Below, in pieces: positions 21,810 through 29,561 of a DNA stretch of 64,000 nt. The position numbers were made by a program, and so were the translations under genes. This DNA is from a bacterium. GTDB lineage: Bacteria; Acidobacteriota; Blastocatellia; HR10. The notes under the pieces are model-generated. The model did no database searches. It worked only from the letters and a program-made list of their open reading frames with translations, and was not told where the DNA came from. The first letter of the stretch is position 1. Each line of letters opens with the position of its first letter. Location: positions 1 to 64,000 of the forward strand of contig JBEPZV010000006.1 of assembly GCA_041640655.1 (NCBI GenBank), written 5' to 3'.

Positions 21810-24538
21810 TGCACCGGGGCGCCGGGCATGGGTCGTGGTTCCTCTTGGGAGCGCGGGGCGGGAGCGGGATCCTCTTGCTGGTGCTCGCTTTTCTGTGTGG
21901 GGGCGAGCGGGCCTGGGCGCAATCGTCGCTGGAAGCGGGGATGGAGAAGTTGCGACGGGGGGAGTATGCGGAGGCGATCGCCCTCTTCCGCACCGTGCTC
22001 GAGCGGGATCCGGAACAGACGCGCGCCATTGAGGGAACGATCATGGCCTTTGTCGAGACGGGGCGATATGAGGATGCCGAACGGATGGCGCGCGAGTTCC
22101 TGAGGCGGGCGTCCTCGGTGGGAGAGTCGGACGCGGCGCGCATTGAGATGTGGCTCGGGGAGGTGTATCTGGCGACGGGTCGGTATTGGGAGGCTTTGGC
22201 AGCGCTGGATCGGGCGCTCGCCCGCGAGGGATGGTCGGGCTTTCTGCGGGCCAGCGTGCAAAGAGGGCGAGTCCTCTGGCAGATGGGGCGCGTCGAGGAA
22301 GCGCGCGAGGGATTTCAGCAGCTCTATCGGAGGGCCATCGAGCGCGGGTTACACGCGGCGGAGGACCTGACGTGGATGGCGCGCGCGCTCGCGTATTTGG
22401 ATCGTCCACACGAGGCGAACGATCTCTACGCCGCGGCGATCGAGCGCGATCCTTCGTTCCTGGAGGCGTATCTGCAAGCCGGCGAGCTCTTCGTCGAGAA
22501 GTACAATTACGCGGAGGCCGCCGATTTCTTCCGCGAGGCGCTACGCCTCAATCCGCAGTGCGCGCGCGCGCATCTGGGATTGGCCCGCAGCGTGCGGCTG
22601 GAGCGTGGAGGGGAAGCGTGGGCGCATGTTCAGCGGGCGCTCGCCGTGAATCCACACTTGGTTGACGCGCATGATCTGGCGGCCGCGTTACTGCTGGAAG
22701 TGGGGGAGATCGAAGCCGCCGAGCGTCATCTGGAGCAAGCGCTCAGCGTGAATCCGCATTCGCTCTCGACGCGCGCCTATCGTGCCGTGGGGTTCTACCT
22801 GCGAGACCGCACGGCGGAGCTGGAGGAGGAGATTCGACGGGTGCAGCGTGTGAATCCGCGTTATGGCGAGGTGTATGCGACGCTCGCCGATTTCGCCGTG
22901 CTCAATCGCCGGTATCCGGAAGCTGTCGGATTCGCGCGGAAGGCCGTCGAGCTGTCGCCATGGCTGTGGCGCGCGTGGGCGACTCTGGGCCTCAACCTGC
23001 TGCGCGTGGGGCGCGACGCTGAGGGGCGTGAGGTCCTGGAGCGCGCTTTCGCTGGCGATCCGTTCAACGTGTGGGTGAAGAACACGCTCGATCTGCTCGA
23101 TCGCATGCGAGAGTATCAGGAGACGATCACCGAGCATTTCCTCATCCGCATGGCTCCGCGCGAGAGTCCAGTCTTGGCTCCACTGATGGCCGAGCTGCTC
23201 GAGCGGGCGTACGTGCAGCTCACCGAGCGGTATCGGTTTCGTCCTGAAGGGCCGATCATCGTCGAGGTGTTCCCGAACCACGAGGACTTCGCCGTGAGGA
23301 CCATTGGGCTGCCGGGCTTGGGGGCGCTCGGCGCGTGCTTCGGGCGTGTGATCGCCATGGATTCGCCGTCAGCGCGCCCGCGCGGGTCGTTCAACTGGGC
23401 GAGCACGGCCTGGCACGAATTCGCGCACGTGATCACGTTGCAGGCGACGGCCTATCGGATCCCGCGATGGTTCTCCGAGGGCATCTCCGTCTCCGAGGAG
23501 TGGCGGGTGCGAGGGGCACCTGATGCGCTCTTCGAATCGCGGGGGGACTCCGCGGGGTGGGGGGCTCGGTGGACGCTCGAGACCGTGCGCGCCTTCGGCG
23601 AGGGGCGATTCGTCCCCCTGCGGCAGTTGGAGGCGGCGTTCCTTCGCCCCTCGTCTCCGCATGCGCTCTCGCTCGCCTATTTCCAGGCGGGACTGATCGT
23701 CGAATTCCTCCTGGAGCGGTTCGGCTTCGAGCGCGTGCGACATATGCTCGAGCTGTATCGGCAGGGGGAGCGCACCGAGGGTGTCTTCCAGAAGGCGCTC
23801 GGCCTCACGCCGGACGAGCTCGATCGCCTCTTTCGCGAGCGCGTCGTTCAGGAGATCGGACCGTATCTGGCGCGCCTCGATGTATCGTTGCTTCAGCGAT
23901 CGGAGGTCTCGGAGGAGGAATTGCGCGAGGTGCTCGCGAGGCAGCCGGAGAATTTCGTCGCGCACCTTCGTCTGGGGCACCTCTATCGAGCGCGGGGGGA
24001 TGCCGCTTCGGCTCTTGTCCATCTGCGCGAGGCTATTCGTCTTTTCCCCTTCGACACGAGACCGGGGAATGCTCGCGAGATGCTCGCGGCGATCCTCGAG
24101 GAGCGCGGCGAGGAGGCTGAGGCCTTGCGGGTGCTGCAGCCGTGGGCGGCTCGCGAGGAGGCGAATCCCGAGCTGCATTGGCGGATCTTGCGCCTGGCGC
24201 TGAAGCTGGGGCGGAAGGGGCATCGGATCCCGTGGGAGGAGATCGCCGGGGGGGCGGTCGAAGCGCTTCTGGCGCTCGCTCCTTTGGATCGCGACGTGCA
24301 GATGCAGGCTGGCGAATTCTATCTGGAACAGGGTCGGCCCGAGCGCGCCGCGCGTGCGTTCTCGGCCGCGCTGCATTTGGATCCGCCCGATCGCGCGGAG
24401 GTCCATTATCAGCTCGCGCGAGCCCTCTTGGCGAAGGGGGCGCCGGATGACGCGCGGCGCGAGGTCTTGCGCGCGTTGGAGATCGCGCCCGGATTTGAGA
24501 AGGCGCTGGCGCTTCTGCTGAAACTCATCGAGAAGTGA
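21806..24538 (+). CDS. TPR-repeat protein with gluzincin (peptidase MA-like) domain
   Basis: Many TPR-like helical repeats; HEFAH plus downstream PRWFSEGI. Confidence 0.85.
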   Translation: MMHRGAGHGSWFLLGARGGSGILLLVLAFLCGGERAWAQSSLEAGMEKLRRGEYAEAIALFRTVLERDPEQTRAIEGTIMAFVETGRYEDAERMAREFLRRASSVGESDAARIEMWLGEVYLATGRYWEALAALDRALAREGWSGFLRASVQRGRVLWQMGRVEEAREGFQQLYRRAIERGLHAAEDLTWMARALAYLDRPHEANDLYAAAIERDPSFLEAYLQAGELFVEKYNYAEAADFFREALRLNPQCARAHLGLARSVRLERGGEAWAHVQRALAVNPHLVDAHDLAAALLLEVGEIEAAERHLEQALSVNPHSLSTRAYRAVGFYLRDRTAELEEEIRRVQRVNPRYGEVYATLADFAVLNRRYPEAVGFARKAVELSPWLWRAWATLGLNLLRVGRDAEGREVLERAFAGDPFNVWVKNTLDLLDRMREYQETITEHFLIRMAPRESPVLAPLMAELLERAYVQLTERYRFRPEGPIIVEVFPNHEDFAVRTIGLPGLGALGACFGRVIAMDSPSARPRGSFNWASTAWHEFAHVITLQATAYRIPRWFSEGISVSEEWRVRGAPDALFESRGDSAGWGARWTLETVRAFGEGRFVPLRQLEAAFLRPSSPHALSLAYFQAGLIVEFLLERFGFERVRHMLELYRQGERTEGVFQKALGLTPDELDRLFRERVVQEIGPYLARLDVSLLQRSEVSEEELREVLARQPENFVAHLRLGHLYRARGDAASALVHLREAIRLFPFDTRPGNAREMLAAILEERGEEAEALRVLQPWAAREEANPELHWRILRLALKLGRKGHRIPWEEIAGGAVEALLALAPLDRDVQMQAGEFYLEQGRPERAARAFSAALHLDPPDRAEVHYQLARALLAKGAPDDARREVLRALEIAPGFEKALALLLKLIEK
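23514..23552. repeat. Degenerate in-frame copy of the 39-bp palindromic element
   Basis: gggcacctgatgcgctcttcgaatcgcggggggactccg matches 29271-29309 at 31/39 positions without gaps. Confidence 0.75.
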
Positions 24539-24555
24539 AGCGTGGGGAGGTGAAG

Positions 24556-25320
24556 ATGAGGAGATGGGGGGGCCGACGTTCGCTTCGCGCGCGTCTCTGG
24601 ATCATCGGGGGCGCGATCTGTCTGCTCATGGGGGGGGCTCCATCGGGGGGCGCGTCTTCGTCGGGTCCTGATTCGGACGCGCCCTCGGATCGGTTCACAT
24701 TCGCGCGCATCCAGTACGGCGGACGGTTCTCCGCGCGCGCGTTCTTCGGAGCCGTGCCGCCGTGGGCGCACGATTATCCGCGCGGTGGACGCCATCTGAT
24801 GAAGATCCTGAGCGAGGTGAGCCTCGTGCGGGTGCATCCCGAGGAGGTGATCCTCCGTTTTGACGATCCTCGAGTGTTCAAATACCCGTTCGCCTATCTC
24901 TGCGAGGTGGGGTTCATGGATTTGAGCGATCGGGAGATCGAGGGCTTGCGGGAGTATCTGCTGCGTGGCGGCTTCCTCATTGTGGACGATTTCCGTGAGG
25001 AGTGGGCGCTGGAGAATCTCCGCGCGCATCTGCGCCGCGCCTTCCCGGAGCTGGAGCTGGAGGAGTTGGATCTCTCTCATCCCATCTTCAACTGCTTCTT
25101 CAGCATTCGGACGCTCGAGGTGACGCCCCCCTATGGCGAGGGCGTGCCCAAGTTCTTCGGCCTCTCGGACACGAAGGGGCGCTTGATGATGATCGTCAAC
25201 TACAACAACGACATCAGCGAATACTGGGAGTGGTCGGATGACCCCTTCGCGCCCATCGAGCAGACGAACGAGGCCTTCAAATTCGGCGTGAATTACGCCA
25301 TCTATGCGCTGACGCATTGA
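24556..25320 (+). CDS. DUF4159 domain protein
   Basis: FTFARIQY, WAHDYP, YPFAY, LREYLLRGGFLIVDDF, SHPIF and FGVNYAIYALTH. Confidence 0.87.
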   Translation: MRRWGGRRSLRARLWIIGGAICLLMGGAPSGGASSSGPDSDAPSDRFTFARIQYGGRFSARAFFGAVPPWAHDYPRGGRHLMKILSEVSLVRVHPEEVILRFDDPRVFKYPFAYLCEVGFMDLSDREIEGLREYLLRGGFLIVDDFREEWALENLRAHLRRAFPELELEELDLSHPIFNCFFSIRTLEVTPPYGEGVPKFFGLSDTKGRLMMIVNYNNDISEYWEWSDDPFAPIEQTNEAFKFGVNYAIYALTH

Positions 25321-25346
25321 TGTTGCGGAGGAAGGAGATCGACGCG

Positions 25347-26375
25347 ATGCTCACCAACAAAGCCATTGATCCCACCCGCGATGAGGAGCTACTGGAGAGA
25401 CTCGTCCGGGCGAAGGCGCAGATCTTGCGAGAGATTCGGAAGGTGATCGTCGGACAGGATGAGGTGATCGAACAGGTGCTCATCTCGCTCTTCGTCGGCG
25501 GGCATTCGATCATCACGGGGGTGCCGGGGCTGGCCAAGACGCTCTTGATCAAGACCATCGCCAACGCCCTCGATCTGAAGTTCAAGCGCATTCAGTTCAC
25601 CCCGGATCTCATGCCGAGCGACATCACGGGGACGGAGGTCATCGAAGAGGATCGGACGACGGGCAAGCGGCATTTTCATTTCGTCCCGGGGCCGATCTTC
25701 GCCAACATCGTCCTGGCGGATGAGATCAATCGGACGCCACCGAAGACGCAGGCGGCGTTGTTGGAGGCCATGCAAGAGGGGGCGGTGACGGTCCAGGGGG
25801 CGACGTACGAGCTGCCGAAGCCCTTCTTCGTGCTGGCCACGCAGAATCCGATCGAGATGGAGGGGACGTATCCGTTGCCGGAGGCGCAACTGGATCGCTT
25901 CATGTTCAATATCCGGATCAGCTACCTGAGCGAAGACGACGAGGTGGAGGTCGTGCGGGCGACGACGGCGCCGCAGGAGGTCGTCGTCGAGCGGCAGATC
26001 ACGGGGCGGGAGATCGTCGAGTTCCAGCGATTGATTCGGCAGGTGCCGGCTGCCGATCCGGTCATCCGCTACGCCGTGCGCCTGGTGGGGGCCAGCCGCC
26101 CCGAGAATGGGACCTTCGATTTCGTGCGCCGCTGGGTCAATTGGGGAGCGAGCCTGCGCGCTTCGCAGTTCCTCATCCTGGGGGGGAAAGCCCGCGCCAT
26201 CTTGAACGGTCGGTACCATGTCTCGTGCGAGGATGTGCGGGCGCTGGCCTATCCCGTCTTGCGCCATCGCATCCTCGTGAACTTCCAGGCGGAATCCGAA
26301 GGTGTGACCTCGGAGGAGATCGTCCGTCGCCTGCTGGAGGCGGTGCCGGAACCGGCATCGGGACTCTCGGTATGA
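25347..26375 (+). CDS. MoxR-family AAA+ ATPase
   Basis: GVPGLAKT, RIQFTPDLMPSDITG, ADEINR, ATQNPIE and YPLPEAQLDRF. Confidence 0.96.
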   Translation: MLTNKAIDPTRDEELLERLVRAKAQILREIRKVIVGQDEVIEQVLISLFVGGHSIITGVPGLAKTLLIKTIANALDLKFKRIQFTPDLMPSDITGTEVIEEDRTTGKRHFHFVPGPIFANIVLADEINRTPPKTQAALLEAMQEGAVTVQGATYELPKPFFVLATQNPIEMEGTYPLPEAQLDRFMFNIRISYLSEDDEVEVVRATTAPQEVVVERQITGREIVEFQRLIRQVPAADPVIRYAVRLVGASRPENGTFDFVRRWVNWGASLRASQFLILGGKARAILNGRYHVSCEDVRALAYPVLRHRILVNFQAESEGVTSEEIVRRLLEAVPEPASGLSV

Positions 26376-27301
26376 ATGGCTCGGCTCAGTACGGGGTTCC
26401 CACCGCGGGGCGTCGGTTTCGATTCCTGCGCCCCGAGGTGCTGGCGAAGATCGCCTCGCTGGAGCTTCTGGCGCGCACGGTCGTGGAGGGGTTCCTGGCC
26501 GGTCTGCACCGCTCGCCGCACATTGGCTTCAGCATGGATTTCGCGGAATATCGCCCGTACATGCCCGGTGACGATCTGCGCTATCTCGACTGGAAGGTGT
26601 TGGCGCGGACCGATCGCGCCTACATCAAGAAGTTCCGTGGCGACACGAACACGCGCTTGTATGTGCTGCTGGATGTGAGCGCCTCGATGACCTATCGGCT
26701 CCCGCCGGCGATCGAGAAGCGGGAATATGCATGCTATCTGGCGGCTTCGCTCGCGTATCTGGCGACGCGACAGAACGACGCCGTCGGGGTGATCACCTTT
26801 GATCGCGGAATCGTGGACTATATTCCCGCGCGATTGCGTCCGGGCCAACTTCATCGGATCTTGAGCGCGTTGGAGCGGATGAAGCCGGGCGGGACTTCCG
26901 CGATCTCCGAGGCCCTGCGGCGCATCGCCGAACGCCTGCGGCGACGCGGCCTCGTCGTGCTGCTCTCGGACCTGTACGAGCCGCTGGAGACGCTCGGCCC
27001 CGCCCTGCGGCTCTTTCGTGCTCATGGGCAGGACCTCATCGTCTTTCAGATTCTGGACGAATCGGAAGTGGAGTTTCCGTTCACCGAGGCCGCGCGCTTT
27101 GTCGACGTAGAGACGGGAGAAGACGTGCCCGTGGCTCCCGAAGCGCTTCGGGCCAGCTATCGCGAGGCTGTGCGTCGGCATCTGGACGAGATCGAGCGCT
27201 TCTGTCGCGCGCACGGGATCGGGTATCAGCGGATGTTCACGAGGCAGCCGCTCGATGAGGCGCTCTTGGCTTACCTCGGGCGGCGGGCTCGCTGGCCGTA
27301 A
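26372..27301 (+). CDS. DUF58 domain protein
   Basis: GLHRSP..FAEYRPYMPGDDLRYLDWK, LDVSASM and LSD. Confidence 0.93.
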   Translation: MNGSAQYGVPTAGRRFRFLRPEVLAKIASLELLARTVVEGFLAGLHRSPHIGFSMDFAEYRPYMPGDDLRYLDWKVLARTDRAYIKKFRGDTNTRLYVLLDVSASMTYRLPPAIEKREYACYLAASLAYLATRQNDAVGVITFDRGIVDYIPARLRPGQLHRILSALERMKPGGTSAISEALRRIAERLRRRGLVVLLSDLYEPLETLGPALRLFRAHGQDLIVFQILDESEVEFPFTEAARFVDVETGEDVPVAPEALRASYREAVRRHLDEIERFCRAHGIGYQRMFTRQPLDEALLAYLGRRARWP

Positions 27302-27317
27302 GGGGGGAGGACGCGCC

Positions 27318-29561
27318 ATGTCGTTTCTGAGTCCGTGGTTCTTGCTCGGCGCGCTCGCGCTCCTTGTGCCCGTGCTCATTCATCTGAGGCGGCGGGAGCC
27401 TCAGCAACGCGTCCCGTTCGCATCGGTCTTGTTTCTGCGCCGATTGCCTGGGCCCATCCATCGGCGCCGGCGCCTGCGGTATTGGCTGCTCTTTCTGCTG
27501 CGCTCGGGGGCATTGCTGCTGCTCGTTCTGGCGTTCGCGCGTCCGTATTGGCGCGGTCATGGAGCGGGGGAGTTGTCCGGGACGGCGCTCGTCGTGCTGC
27601 TGGACTGCTCGTTCAGCATGCGCTATGGGGCGCGCTTCGCGCGGGCGCAGGAGAGGGCCGAGGAGGTTCTGGCGCGCGCTCCTGATGGGGCCCGCGTAGG
27701 CGTGATCGGGTTCTCCACGACCGCGGAGGTCCGCGTGCCACTGGGACGTGATCGAGAGGTGGCGCGCGCGGCCGTGCGGGCGCTGCGCCCGACGTTTCGC
27801 GCGACCGATTATGCGCGCGGGCTGCAGGCGGCGCTCGCGCTTCTGGAGAATGCCGAGGAGGGGGAGAAGATCATCTACCTCATCTCGGATTTCCATCGTT
27901 CGGAACAGCGAGTGAGTGGGGGGGATCCCGGGTGGCGTCTCCCTCGCGGCGTGCGTGTGGTGCCGATTTCGGTCGCCTCTGAGGTGGGTGAGAACCGCGC
28001 CATCGTGGACGTGCGCGTGCTCTCGGGCGCGGCGCAGTCGGGACGTGGAGCCCCGTGGCGCCTCCTTGTGCGTGTGGGGAACTTTCAGAGCGCGAGGGCG
28101 CGCATGGGGATTCGCCTCTCGGTCAATGATCGGCTCGTTCAAGGGAAGGCGATCGAGCTGGATCCGGATGCCGTCGCGACGGTCGAATTCGCCGACGTCC
28201 CCCTCGATCCGGGGGACAATCGGGTTCGTCTCGAAGCGGATCCCGATCGGCTGCCCGAGGACGATCGCTTCTTCCTCGTCCTGCGGCGCGAGCTGCCGAA
28301 GCCGGTGCTCATCCTGGAGGGCTCGCGAGCGCGCGCGCCGTCGCAGCGGGCGAGCTTCTACGTGCAGCAAGCACTTCTGGCCGATGATGCTCTCGGCCCG
28401 GAGCGGGTCGTCGTGCGAACCGTCGCGGAGGCCAGGGAGGGGAACCCCGTGGCGGAAGTCGCGGAGGCGGAGGCGGTGGTGGTCGTGGATCCCATCGCCC
28501 TTGACGCGAGGTGGGCGACGGCCCTTCGCCGGTTCGTCACAGAAGGTGGAGGGGCGATTCTGGCGCTTGGTCCTCAGACGGAGGCGCGCGCGTTCAATGC
28601 GGCGTTCGGATCATGGCTGGGCGTGCGTGTGGAGGAGCCGGGAGGTTCCCTGAGAGAGCCCGCGTTGCTCGCGGAGATCGCGACCGAGCATCCGATCTTT
28701 CGTCCCTTTGCGGATCCGCGGCGGGCGAATTTCTCCCGCGTGCGATTCTCCGGATATGCCGGGTTGGTGCTCGATGAGACGGGAGGGAGCGCGCCTTCTT
28801 CGGCGATCCTCGTTCTGGCGCGGTTTTCAGATGGGCGACCGGCCATTGTGGAGATCACGCGCGGGCGGGGGAAGGTGATTTTGCTCGCCTTCGGTCTCGA
28901 TGCGCGTTGGAGCACGCTCCCGCTCACGCCGCTGTATGCTCCACTGCTGCATCAAATGCTCGGGGCGGTGAGACGACCCTCACCGCCGCCCTTTTTCCGC
29001 GTGGGGGAGAGCATCGCCGTGGAGGGGGAGGAGTTCACCGCGTCGGTCATCGTGCGAGCGCCCGATGGAGAACGTCTGCGGCTCGATGAGGTGGGGGGGA
29101 CCTGGGGATTCACTCCGGAGCGCGTGGGCTTTTATCACCTGCGGCGTCTGCGTGGGGAGGAGCCTATCGCGGTCAACGTCGAGGCGGGAGAGTCGGACGT
29201 GCGACCCATGGAGGGGGCGGAGCTGGACCACTTCCTGGCCTCCCTGGGCGGGCGGGAATCAGGGCTGCGTGGGCACCCCACGCGATCTTCGGATCGCATG
29301 GGGACCCCGAGTGACTCTACCCTGAATGCCAGCGGTGGGCGCGCGACGGATGCGGGGGCATCCCAGGGGGATCTCGTGGCGGCGGAGCGAAGCCGGGCGT
29401 GGCGCGCGTTGCTGCTGGCTGCCATGCTGCTGCTTCTCTCGGAAGCCATCCTGGCCGAGCGCGCTCCTGGCAGGCACCCCACGCGATCCGAAGATCGCAT
29501 GGGGATCCCGAGACGGCGTCGTCCGATCGGCGCCTCTGTGCAAGAGGAAGGGAGGAGGTGA
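27318..29561 (+). CDS. BatA-domain + VWA membrane protein
   Basis: MSFLSPWFL..PVLIHL N-terminus, LAFARP, MIDAS DCSFS/T/SD and a C-terminal TM. Confidence 0.88.
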   Translation: MSFLSPWFLLGALALLVPVLIHLRRREPQQRVPFASVLFLRRLPGPIHRRRRLRYWLLFLLRSGALLLLVLAFARPYWRGHGAGELSGTALVVLLDCSFSMRYGARFARAQERAEEVLARAPDGARVGVIGFSTTAEVRVPLGRDREVARAAVRALRPTFRATDYARGLQAALALLENAEEGEKIIYLISDFHRSEQRVSGGDPGWRLPRGVRVVPISVASEVGENRAIVDVRVLSGAAQSGRGAPWRLLVRVGNFQSARARMGIRLSVNDRLVQGKAIELDPDAVATVEFADVPLDPGDNRVRLEADPDRLPEDDRFFLVLRRELPKPVLILEGSRARAPSQRASFYVQQALLADDALGPERVVVRTVAEAREGNPVAEVAEAEAVVVVDPIALDARWATALRRFVTEGGGAILALGPQTEARAFNAAFGSWLGVRVEEPGGSLREPALLAEIATEHPIFRPFADPRRANFSRVRFSGYAGLVLDETGGSAPSSAILVLARFSDGRPAIVEITRGRGKVILLAFGLDARWSTLPLTPLYAPLLHQMLGAVRRPSPPPFFRVGESIAVEGEEFTASVIVRAPDGERLRLDEVGGTWGFTPERVGFYHLRRLRGEEPIAVNVEAGESDVRPMEGAELDHFLASLGGRESGLRGHPTRSSDRMGTPSDSTLNASGGRATDAGASQGDLVAAERSRAWRALLLAAMLLLLSEAILAERAPGRHPTRSEDRMGIPRRRRPIGASVQEEGRR
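29271..29309. repeat. 39-bp palindromic element, best-preserved copy, in frame (GHPTRSSDRMGTP)
   Basis: gggcaccccacgcgatc-ttcg-gatcgcatggggaccccg forms a hairpin with a cTTCGg loop. Confidence 0.9.
29472..29510. repeat. 39-bp palindromic element copy with inverted loop, in frame (RHPTRSEDRMGIP)
   Basis: aggcaccccacgcgatc-cgaa-gatcgcatggggatcccg. Confidence 0.9.

Noticed and set aside
29271..29510. CRISPR array interpretation of the paired 39-bp palindromic repeats
   Set aside because: There are only two adjacent copies, 162 nt apart and inside a CDS; the other copies are dispersed and no cas genes are present.
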